From: Perna viridis
Lineage: Eukaryota
Assembly: GCA_037379345.1 (NCBI GenBank)
Contig: CM074516.1
Span: 26,784,001-26,848,000 of the forward strand
Direction: 5' to 3'
DNA: 64,000 nt
Of the stretch, positions 51,229-63,700 are shown one piece after another (position 1 is the first letter of the stretch; each line of letters opens with the position of its first letter). A program made the translations under genes and the position numbers. The notes under the pieces were generated by a model, which was not told the origin of the DNA, did no database searches, and worked only from the letters and a program-made list of their open reading frames with translations.

Positions 51229-51732
51229 AGGAAAAGAAGAAAACGTTCCCCGCTTCAACCACAGAATCCCAACCCTATATCCCCACCTTGTGTCCACCCT
51301 CTCATTAATGTTTTTGGAGTAATGACACTTAGAATTATTTGTATATTGTCATGTTTCACCGTGTATGATTTTGCATACTAGTTTTACTCAAATAATGTCT
51401 TAATGATTGTATTGGGATTGCACAACCTTCTTCTAATGGGCTATGTCCGCTTTAAAAGTTAAAACAGCCCACCTGTTCATGTACACTATGATTTTGAGTT
51501 GCTATTTTCAGTTTATCATTTTTTTAAAATTCTCTACCATTTAGACTAGTCCCCTTTAATTGGGAGCAAAAATAAACAGTGAAAATTTCTCGCCATCAGC
51601 AATTTTGAAGCTTGTTCTAGGAACAAAATAAACTTTTTAAATTCTTTTGCAGAATGTTCAAAGAATTCAATGAAATGCAGATGATTAGTCTATGTAAGTT
51701 AACATACAGTTAGTGCCTAGTGGAATAATTGA

Positions 51733-54700
51733 ATGATGCCAGGTCAACCAAAATCCTCAAGAGGTCCTACTACATCGAAAAGTGCAAGTCATGGCTGTTC
51801 CAAGGGTCAAAGACTCGGGAATCCACAAGGACCAAAAAGTGCTAACAAACAAGGACAAAAGAGTGGAAACCAAAGCTCAAAAAATAAAAGTCAAGGGAAT
51901 CCACATGTTGCAAAAAGTGGCCAAAGACAAAATCAAAAAATAAGTGAGAAAGGCCCTCAGCCAGCAGGCCAAAATAGGCCAAGAACAGAAAGCCAGCAAC
52001 AACATCAGAGGCAGAAATTTAGAAACCAGAATGTACAAAATAGGTTGAACCTCGGAGATCAGTCTAAGCCAAAACAAGCCAGTGGAGGCCATCAACAACA
52101 ACAAAAGCCAAATTGTGGAAGCCAGTTTCAACAACAAAGACCTTATGATTGTCACCATCATCAAGAACAGAAGCCAAACTGTGGAAATCAATATCAGCTA
52201 CAAAGATCTAATAGTGGAAACCAGCATCTACAACAGAGACCAAATAGTGGGAACCAGCATCTGCATCAGAAGTCAAATGGTGGAAACCAGTATCAACAAA
52301 ATAGATTGAACCCAGGAAACCAGAATCAACAACAAAGACCAAATATTGGCAACCAGCATCAGCAAAAAAGGCCAGATAATGGAAACCAATGTCAACAACA
52401 GCAACCTCATGGTAGCAACCAGCATCGACAGCAGAGAATTAATTGTGCTAATCAGCATCAACAACAGAGACCTAATAGTGGAAACCAGTATCAACAACAG
52501 GGACCCAATAGTGGAAACCAGTATCAACAACAGGGACCCAATGATGGTAAAAAGCACCAAAAAGAGACACCCAGTGGTGGTAACCAATATCAACAACGAA
52601 GACCCAATGGTGGTAACCAGCATCAACAGCAGAGACCCAATAGTGGTAACCAGCATCAACATCAGAGACCCAATGGTGGTAACCAGCATCAACATAAGAG
52701 ACCCAGTTGTGGTAACCAGCATCAACAACAGAGACCCAATAGTGGTAACCAGCATCAACAGCAGAGACCCAATAGTGGTAACCAGCATCAACATCAGAGA
52801 CCCAATGGAGGTAACCAGCATCAACAACAGAGACCCAATAGTGGTAACCAGCATCAACATAAGAGACCCAGTGGTGGTAACCAGCATCAACATCAGAAAC
52901 CCAATGGTGGTAACCAGCATCAACAACAGAGATCCGATTCTGTACATCAAAAACAAAGAAGAAATCATTTGGTATGATATACATGTCTAGAATAGAATTT
53001 CTCTTGTATGAATGGTGTGCAAAACTTTTTTACAGAATTGTGCTTTTAGTGGAAGTTTTTGTAAGAATCAGGTAAAATGAGAAAAATCAGAAACATGCTT
53101 GTCAAAAACCCACCAATCTGACATTATAGTTCACTCAATGATGCTTTCTCTATTTTGAAAGACTATTATTTGATCACTGGATTTGCTCAGATATTTTTCA
53201 ACTGAAAAATTAGATTTTTGTCTGAGTTATCTGCCCTTGAAATGTTCCTTTTCAGTGCATTTCATTGAAGTTACTATTCAATTTACAAAATGATATGGAA
53301 AATCTTGTCTTTTTCCTTGATTCTGATGGTGCAACTAGTCAAATTAAACTTTCAAAATGGTGTTTTTTTCATAATATGTTTCACCAATATATGATTTCCC
53401 TCAAGTATTCAATTTTTCAGCTACCTTATCAGCCATAATTTCAGTTGGGGAAGGATTTACGGAAAACCTCAATTTTTTTTCATGAAACCAGCAGGCCCTG
53501 TTTCTTGACAGTCAAATACTGCTTTAATAGACATTAATAACTTTGTGGCTTAAGATTTGTCATTGTGAATCCTTTTTTTCTGCACTTTTGGTTATGGAAT
53601 TTACATTGAAATTGGGGGGTGGGGGGCTTAATTTGTGTTTTAGTGCATCTTTGTGTTAAATGGATATTCCATCGCTACTCTATAGATATTTTCTTTATGT
53701 GTTTTTTTAGCGATTTAACAGACCTGTTAGATGTATTTCTACAATCCAATCTTCTTTACCAGAAAATAGATTAACAAAGGCACTGCTAGAAGGTATGTGG
53801 TGAGATATTTTACATTCATAAATGACAGTAGTCAGTAGGTGTTGGGTACTGTAGAAATAATTTAATTAATTCATGGATTCCAATTTTTGTGGACAAGGAA
53901 GGAAACATTCTTGGATTCTTGAATTTTTGGTTTTTAAGTTTTCAGTATACACATCAACAGGAATCTACTATTTGTTGGGAACATAATTTTGTGGTTTGAC
54001 CTAACCACGAAAATTGGTGCCCCACGAACGATAGTATTTTCACAGTAATTCTTCTATGTTTACCATGAGATTTTGATGTTTGTAAAATATTTCTAGAATT
54101 ATAGACACATACATATGTATTTGGACTTTGCTTTAAATTTTTCATAGGTGTACATGGCTTGTCCTGCTCTCTTGTACTACAGTATTTTACACTCCGTTTT
54201 TTAATCATGATGAATCTTCTCCTCTGAAGTTACATGTATGCAGATTAACTCTGACCAACTTTAACCATTATGCATTTGTTTTTAAATACCATGAGTATAC
54301 CAGTTGGGAAACAAAAATGGCATGTCTATTTATAAAACCCAAGGAAAAACCACTTTTTTAAAGCCATATCTTAAAAACTTCAGAGATATAGAAAAATAAA
54401 GGTCAGCTTTTTGTTGTTGGGGGCATAAAGAACTCTACAAAGCTCTACAATTTGGTTGACGTTACAAGGTGCAATTCAGTATGAGTTGTTATCCTTGAAA
54501 GGTGAAAATTTATGGGTTTTTTTTTGTTTTTTTTTTTGTAGTTTTTAGCAATTTTTAGCATCAGAGCCGATAAAAAAATCTTTTTTAAGTATTGATATCA
54601 TCCATATGATAAGGCCTACAAAAATCTTCTTGTTTCAAGCTATAGGACAACTCCATATTGCCCTAAAAAGGCAAAAAAGTGACTTGCTAATATCTTGAAA

Positions 54701-57700
54701 CCATGACAACTAGGAAAAAAACTTTCAGTTGATGAAATAATCCTATGATAAGGCCTTCAAAAAGTTTACAATTAGTTATTGTTGGGTATTTGTAAATAAA
54801 AAAATAATTCATTTATTGCTTTTCTTGATTAAATATTATGACCACAAGATGCTATTTTTTGTTTTTTTATATGGTATTTAGGTTCCATGCTTTTATTATT
54901 ATTTTCAGAAACATGATTTTTTAAATGAAATTTGGTAGGGAGGTGAGAAGAGGGTTATGTAAAGCAACTTTAATTGTTAAAACTGTATTCTATTTACAGA
55001 TGAGAGAGGCTTTAACCAACCAGAAAACCAGAAATTGAACCAATTGAGGACATTTGTTACTAATCAGAATGATAAAACAAGAAATCAACTATATACTTCT
55101 GGATACAACCAGTCTAGTCAATTGCAAGGATACAGACAATTTGGTACACCTTTTGATAACAGAAGGTTTGGTCTACCTTCTGATAAAAGGCAAATCAGTC
55201 CACCTTTTAACAGCAGACAATTTGGTCAACCTCCTTATAACCAGTATGTTTGTCCACCACCTTCTGAGAAGCAATTTGGTCCACTCCCTGATAATAGGCA
55301 ATTTGTTCAGCCACCTGATAACAGGCAATTAAGTACACGTTCTGAAAACAAGCAACTTAGTGCTCCACCTGATAGGAGGATATTCCATCCACAACGGTTG
55401 GGACAAAATATCCCAACAAAGTTAAGAGGACAAATTGGCTCTTCCGATCCATTTGACAACAAACAGTTTTGTCAAACTAAGGAACAAAAGGAATTTTATT
55501 TGTCACTTGAAAATGAATCATTCTATCCACCTGGAAAAGAACAAGTCAAACCTCATTTTCACCAAAGCAGGACAAGTCAGCCTGTGAGTGGATTTATTGA
55601 TCACCATAAAGGTAAATTAAGAAATGGCTAATGAATGTGGGCTCTATATGCTGATATATAGATCTAGATTAGAACTATATATTAGGTTTATGTTTTATCT
55701 CAGCAATAGCAAGATATTAAATATGTATTTCTTAAAAAAAAAGAAAAACATAATAGCCAAGCATTTAGGAACTTTTTACATTCAAGTACTCATGAAAAAT
55801 TGTAGCATATATGGACATATAACTTAAAATCATATGGAAAAATATATTCAGAATTTGTATAGAAGTGAGGAGATTTTTTTTTGCGTGTGCTGTTAAATCA
55901 TATTTTGCTGTTTGAAAAAAAACACACCTAAAATAGATGTGAACCGCTTGCTTGCCTCCACTTCAAATTTGGCATATAAAGTTATCCCTGATATGTTTGC
56001 TCTAAAATTTATGTCCCTTTTATCAAACAGACAACAAACATGTCTGTTATTGTAGAATGTATCATTAAACTCAACTTTTAGATAGCTTAAAGAACTTTTT
56101 TGCTACTTTCCAGGTTCATCTTTCAATAATAATGCAGGAAATGGTGAACAATTTGTTAACCAGCAAACATTTGGATATGGCCACAATGAAGAGGAGATGG
56201 AATTTGAAGAAGTTTGTGAAAAAGACCAGGAGGATTTGGAAGAGGAGTTTGATGAAAGTCATGTATTTTTTGAAAAACGCCATGATGAAGAAGAGGTGTA
56301 CTTTGAGCATGAAGATCAGGAGGGATTTGAAGAGGAATACATAGAAAATTTACAGGAAACTGAAGAGGAATACCCAGAAAATTTGCAGGAATTTGAAGAG
56401 AAATACACAGAAAATTTGCAGGAATTTGAAGAAGTTTATGATGAAGATCAAGAGGAAATAAAAGAAGACTATGAAGGAAATCAGGAAGAATTTGAAGAAA
56501 GCCATGATGAAAATCAAGAGGTATTAGAAGAAGGTTGTGATGAAAACCAGGAGGAATTTGAGGAAAGCAATGGTGAAAACCAGGAGGAATTGGAGGAAAG
56601 CTATGGTGAAAACCAGGAGGAATTAGAAGAAAGCTATGGTGAAAATCAGGAGGAATTTGAAGGAGGTTATGATGAAGATCAAGAGGAAATAAAAGAAGAC
56701 TATGAAGGAAATCAGGAAGAATTTGAAGAAAGCCATGATGAAAATCAAGAGGTATTAGAAGAAGGTTATGATGAAAACCAGGAGGAATTTGAGGAAAGCA
56801 ATGGTGAAAACCAGGAGGAATTAGAGGAAAGCTATGGTGAAAACCAGGAGGAATTAGAAGAAAGCTATGGTGAAAATCAGGAGGAATTTGAAGGAGGTTA
56901 TGATGAAGATCAAGAGGAAATAAAAGAAGACTATGAAGGAAATCAGGAAGAATTTGAAGAAAGCCATGATGAAAATCAAGAGGTATTAGAAGAAGGTTAT
57001 GATGAAAACCAGGAGGAATTTGAGGAAAGCAATGGTGAAAACCAGGAGGAATTAGAAGAAAGCTATGGTGAAAATCAGGAGGAATTTGAAGGAGGTTATG
57101 ATGAAAACCAGGAGGAATTTGAGGAAAGCAATGGTGAAAACCAGGAGGAATTAGAGGAAAGCTATGGTGAAAATCAGGAGGAATTTGAAGGAGGGTATGC
57201 TGAAAACCTAGAGGATATTGTGGAAAGGTATGATGAAGATAGGGAGGACTTAGAAGATTGGCATAAAGAAATTCAGGAGGAATTGATGGCAGGTCATGCA
57301 GTCCGGGAAGTATTTGAGGATACCTATGATGTAAATGAGGAGGAAGTTGAAGAAGGGTATGATGAAAATGGTGAGGACTTTGGTTGTGGTGAAATTCAGG
57401 ATAATTATTTTTCAGAAGTTGAAATGGAAGATCGTACTGAATTTGTTGAGGATTATGGTTATAGCAATGATGGAAATGAACATAAAAGTCATGATACTAT
57501 CGAAAAGGATACCAAGATTATAGAAAAAGGTCCTGGTGTCAAGGACCATAATGAAACCATTGAAGACACTGACCAAGATCACAACATTTTTGATGATGGT
57601 GAAGGTCATGGTTGTCAAGAAAATGAACTTGGTTTAAAACAGTCTGAAGAAAGCAAAATACACAAAATATCAGAATCTAAAACCAAGCAGGAAAAAGATG

Positions 57701-60700
57701 AAAAATCTGACTTGTCGTGCGACACTACATCTTTAAGTCAGTTAAGTGTATCAGGCCAATATTTCAGAAATGAAGTTCAATTGACAAAACAAATGAAAAT
57801 CTTTGATGAGGGAAAGAAGTCATTTGTTGGTAACAGAACAAATAGATTTATACCTGGTGATAATGTGACTTGTGGAATAGTTGGTAAAGATGATGCAATG
57901 ACATATGATGTCAAGTCAGATAGTCAAGATGAAAATATCAAGGAAAGAGAAAGGCAGATGATGTTAGATTATCAAGAGGATGAAAATTTAAAAGAGAGAG
58001 AAAGAATAATGATAAAGGAACTGGTTCAAGGTGAAAAGATGTCAAGATCATCTACAAAACATACAGAAGACCAAGAAGATGAAAACATAAAGGAAATTGA
58101 GAGGAAAATGATGGAAGCATGGATTCAAGAACAACACAAATCTGAAATTTCCATTGACAAAACTTCACCAAGAAGCAATTTAGATCCTCTTCATCTTGAC
58201 TATCAAGAGCATGATCCTGAACTACTTCAAGACATTTCAATAAATACCTATATCTGTGCTGAACTCACCAAAGAAAGATGCAAAAATGACAATTGTAATA
58301 ATCATCACATATCTAGCTGTATTCCGTACCTTTGGCAGGTAAAAATGTTTGACAGATGGATACCATTTACAACTGGGGAGAATGAAGTTGTTGAGAAAGC
58401 CTTCTGTAACCTTCAGGATAGTGTAGAAAATCAGGTAATTAAAGCAATTATATAAACAGGAACATTTTCATGACAGTTTTGGTTTTGTTATTTTTGTGTA
58501 AGAAACTGCAACACAAAAATAAAATATTGCAGATATTAAATGTCTAAGAATTGTGACTGTCTGTTTGAAATAAAATCTTCAATTAAGAAAAATTAATTTT
58601 CTTTATAGAAGATTTCATTTCAAACAAACATCACAAAAATTCTAAGACTATAATACATGTAAAAATGGATTGAATATAGAAAAACCACAAAATTACCAGT
58701 TTACAGACATTAAAAGTTGATTATTTTTCAGTTTCTGACATATTTTGGGTATCAAGGTCAACTTGCTTATTTCTTTTAAATCAAAAGAATTTGTGTTTTG
58801 ACTTTTAATGACTATCTGTAATGTAAAAATAGCAAAAGCTTGAATATGTATACAAATGCTATATTTACAGTACTTTCGTTTTTAGGTTTCACATGGTCAT
58901 CATGTGACACGATAATCAATTTACATTTAGTTTCTATTCTATACTTTCTTTTCATTATATAGCTAATTTTGCAACTAAAAGATGTAGAGTCACTGAACTG
59001 ACCCACCCTTGTCCCTCTCTTATTTGATGGATCAATGATCAAGTACCAACTGATCACTATAAATTGATGGCTAATTACCGATTTGACCACACTTTTGTTA
59101 TGATAAATTACAGATGATCAATTCATGTAAATTTCAGAATTTTCTTTGAAATTCACTCAATGCAAAGCTATTTCAAATATAGTTAAAATTTACTTAAATT
59201 CATTTGAAAAATGGAAGTGACGACCTGTCAATTAAACTGATCAATTGATTACTGATCGCTGTGATAGTTTCACCAATAGGTTAATGTACTGTAATTTTGT
59301 ATTGGTTTTAAGTATATTGGCTCTCTATATTTTATACACATCTTATCTCTGGGGATTGTACATTTAGGTCTTTTTTAAGTCTTATATAATTGTAGGCTTC
59401 GTCTATGTAGGATGGATCTATTTGTTCTAAAATAACATCTGATTTTGTCAATAATGCAGTGAATGCACTGCTATGTTGTTACATCTCAGATGTCTCGACC
59501 AAGGGGTTAAAAGTTCAAACAATCACTTCCTAATTGCATACATCATTTTCCATTTACACAACTTCCGACAGTACCATTTAAGGAGGTAGACTTAGGGTAA
59601 ATGGACACAACTCTTACAAATCATTGGAATGTTTGTATTCAGCATTTTACATCAATCTTATGTAAGCATCTAATTAACTTGGATTCATTTTATTCTGCTT
59701 CAAGTAAAAGCTTAAGAGGCTTTTGTGAAATTGAACATAATACAAACATATCACTGATTTCATGAGTTATGCCACTTTTCCTAGGTCTACCTCCTTAAGC
59801 CATTCATGTTTCAGAGCATGTACATTTAAAGGATGTCACTAATGCTCCGTCCCTACAGACTGAAAATTGTTGAAGTTTTTTTTGTTATTAGTAATGTACT
59901 TATGAATTTCCTATTTCTAAAACAACTGAAAAGAGAGTGTTTGTTTTGAAAAGTTCAATTTGTTATATTTTTAAGTTTTTTCTGTGTTTCCATGATCTGA
60001 AATACATAAATTGAAATACTGGTGTTCGGTAAATAGTATGTACTTTTTGATATATCAGAGATAGGGATTTGGTTGGCAATATACCTGTAGCAGCATCTGC
60101 ATGTATGTACTAAAACTTTCTTGGAATAATTCCAGATGTTGTACCATGGTGAAAGGTACAGCTACCAGGTTACCTTTGGCAAGATGGAGGTTTCCATTAA
60201 AAGTTCTGAAGGACATTCAGCTCTTGGTGATGGCCAACAGTTTAACATACGTCGACTCACAACACCTTCATTTGCTGACAGGAGAACTTCTAACCATTGT
60301 TACTCAACTCAATGGAGATGGTATTGGAGAAATGATATCCAGAAGTGGGAGATTTATGACAGGGTGTGTATGTCTCACAAAATGAATATATTCCAGAGGT
60401 ATTTTGACCTTATATATGTATGGTCCAGACTTTATGTATGATATTTTTTCCAAAATTCCTGTGTGTCCAACTACCAGTATACACATATTGTGAAAATCAG
60501 TCAATTTGATTATTATTTCCTTCAAGTGTTACAAAATGCAACTTCATTTTTTTCTTGATGTGCCATCATTTCAAACAAAATAATCATTGTAAACAATTTT
60601 TTTAATTATTTTACAAATTTTGACAGAATATGATTTGATATATGGTTGACCCTGAAAACAGGGGGTAGAAATGAAAAAAAAAATGCCCAACTGGTCAAGT

Positions 60701-63700
60701 GGACAAGTTTTTCTGAAACTGAACTGGCCAAGAATGAAATTTAATTGCCTTAAGATATGTTTAAGGGATCATACATCCCAAATGAGTTGGCCTAGCCATA
60801 AGCTCTGTTTGAATATAACTTGCCCATCATGAAATTTGCTTGCTGCAGCACAGTGGGAAAAAATTGCAGAACATTTTTGCTAAGTTTAAATACATCATAG
60901 GTATGAACATATATAAAAGCGATGATAATTTTGTAACATTTTCCTCAAATCCATCCTCAACTCAATTTTTTACCAATCAAATCCCTTGAAATTAAGGATT
61001 TAATGAAAATCTCAATTTGATATTTATGAATTCCAGGCATGATGCCTTACTTTTATAGTGGCTCTCTACATATTTTAAACATCTTGTCTTTTGGGATTGT
61101 ACATTTAGTTTTATTTAAATTTATTCAATAAAAATTGCTGAAGTTTTATTTTTGTTTTTTTGGGTTTTTTTTGTCAAATATATATGAATCTATTTTCTGC
61201 TCACTGAGTTGTTGGTAGATATCCGAGAACTTACATATACCATCTCAGAATTATTTAAATTTGAGCAGTTAATTGCTGGATCATGCATTAAAAATAAGAG
61301 CAATGAAAATACTGATTGATGAAAACACACTTTTTCTTTGATATGAGGAGAGTCTGACCTGTAAGAGGAGGAAGTTGAATATGTACAGTGTATTAATATT
61401 TTTAAAAATAATAATGTCTTTGACAGTTTTAGTAAACAAGGATTTATTTCCTTCATAATTAACAAAACTTTAAGACACAAGCTAAAAACATTTTTACAAA
61501 ATTAAAAAAAAATATCCTCGCTTTGTATTACCCTTGGTATTACAAGTTAACTTCCTGTCAGTGTGAATTAAGGCTCTCAATGCTTCTAAAGTCAAAGGTT
61601 AAATTTTGGATTCACTACCATTATGAGGACTTCATCCTCTATTATACCTCTTAATTCTAGTAACTGTCTTATCTACATTGTAGGATATATTTCAGTTCAC
61701 ATTAGAAAAGAAGTACCTATCAAAGCAGAAAAGTTATCTGTTTTATAAAGATACTTATGTCCATATCATGTATAAGATAGACTTTAAGAACTTTACTCAA
61801 ACCAATATGGAGACTGGTGAAGTCAGTCAAGTTATCAGACGACCTTACTTTGTGTCAAGAGAAGATGTGACAGAGCTAAAATTGTAAGGTTTAAGCTAGA
61901 CATTCTTACTTTGATATCCTTTTATGAGATATATGCTCATTGTAAATCTAGCTACTTAGCTTCTTTTAAGCATAAATATCCTTTTTTAAGTATTCTTGCC
62001 TGAAAACTGACTAAATGAGCACTAGTAAATGGAGAGAATTTCTAAAGAGTGGAGTTTTCCTTAGCAAGAAATTGTCTTCAACCACTCATGTAACCAATAT
62101 AAAACTTCTTAACTTCCTATTTTAGAAATGTGACATTTACATGCCCTCTCTGTGAAATTTAACTTTCCAATGTTTGTTATTTCAAGTTAACAATCTTATT
62201 CTAGCCCAGAAACAGTATCATTTCCTGTAGCCATGACAACACCCAAGCCAAACCATTTCAACACCTGGGATTGTGCGCATGATTTTGAACTGATCGACCT
62301 TGATCTATGTGGAAGAGAATACCAAGATGTCTTATGGACTTTTCAAGAAACAATGGCATTAAGACGGTTTCAAATAAAAAATGTTTTTCGAATACAAAAC
62401 AGGAAGTTGTGGAGCGAGTATGATATGTGAGTGATGAAATACTCTCTCCTATTTGCTTGGGACATGATAACCACTCCTGCAACAGGAAATATCTCACCCT
62501 ACCTCTGTTCCTTTGAGGTTCTGGGATATTTTACATTTTATTGCTGGCAGACACATATGTCCTATTAATTTTTGTCAGCAAAGTAATCCTAAGTGTGTAG
62601 CTTATTGAGGTAAAAGGGACAGTTTGGTGAATATTTTCATTAACAAAATCCACTTTTTTTATTCATAAATAAACATGGCTACCATTAGTAAAAATGGATA
62701 GTAGTGGTCAAACAACAGATTTTTTGTAATTTTGTTCAAAAACCATTTGATTCAGACATATGCTTACTTGGGTTTTAGTATTCAACATAAAATAATGTAA
62801 TCATGAAGACATTTTCGTGAAAATCTGTCAACCCTTTTCATAATTATTAACCTTTATATTGTTCCCTTTTGCTTTTATGATGTTTTCATATCTAAAGATC
62901 AACTCCTCTGAAACTTCAAGTACCAATATTTTGAAACTACAGGAATTTTAACCTAAATTCTCTTTACAAATGGTCCAATTTTTGTGTTGCTCAGCAGGTA
63001 GCAGAAATAATAGAAGTATAGGGGATTCCCTAATTGATAAACTTTTTGTTCAAAATTTTTTCACTCCTCCAGGTGAGCGATTCAGGTTCTTTAGACTCTC
63101 TAGTTTATCAACTACTGAATCTATCCTTGTAATCATCTTTTTGTATAGGTATATTTGTTTCATTCTTTATGGAATCTTACTTGGTTTTAAGTGTTACCCC
63201 AAAAATGATTAATATGTTTTTATTTTTATAATGTAGGAAACGGAAGCACATGCTTGCAGATGCAGAACAGGATGTAATGGACCATGAATTTAACGAACTA
63301 GATTTGTTCCATGGCACTGACTCCTTGAACACATGTAGAGGAATTTGCGTCAACAATTTTGATTTTCGTATTAGTGGTCGTAATGCCACACTTTATGGAC
63401 AAGGATCTTATTTTGCAACAAGAGCTAAATTAAGCCACAGCTATACTAAAACTGACTCTCAAAAAGATGTCAGGTTTATGTTCCGGGCCAAAGTTCTAGT
63501 TGGCCAATACACTAAAGGTAATCCATCTTTAACAAGGCCACCAAACATTCCAGGAAAGATTCACAAGTTGTTTGATTCTTGTGTAGACAAAGAAGACGAC
63601 CCTTCCATATTTGTGGTCTTTGACAGGAGCCAATGTTACCCTGAATACTTGATTATGTACACAGACAATGAGGTCAGTTCTGTCAATCCAAGATTAATGG

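Noticed and set aside
52273-52990. Long overlapping ORFs in other frames and strands over the Q-rich repeat (231-aa hydrophobic LLLMLVTTIGS repeat, 214-aa and 170-aa ORFs)
   Set aside because: They are by-products of a 33-bp unit lacking stops in those frames. Their limits coincide with the repeat, and only the Q-rich frame splices in phase to the PARP exons.
59317-61110. ~55-bp similar sequence (tggctctcta...gggattgtacatttag) in two successive PARP introns
   Set aside because: It is too short and degenerate to assign and is probably a repeat remnant.
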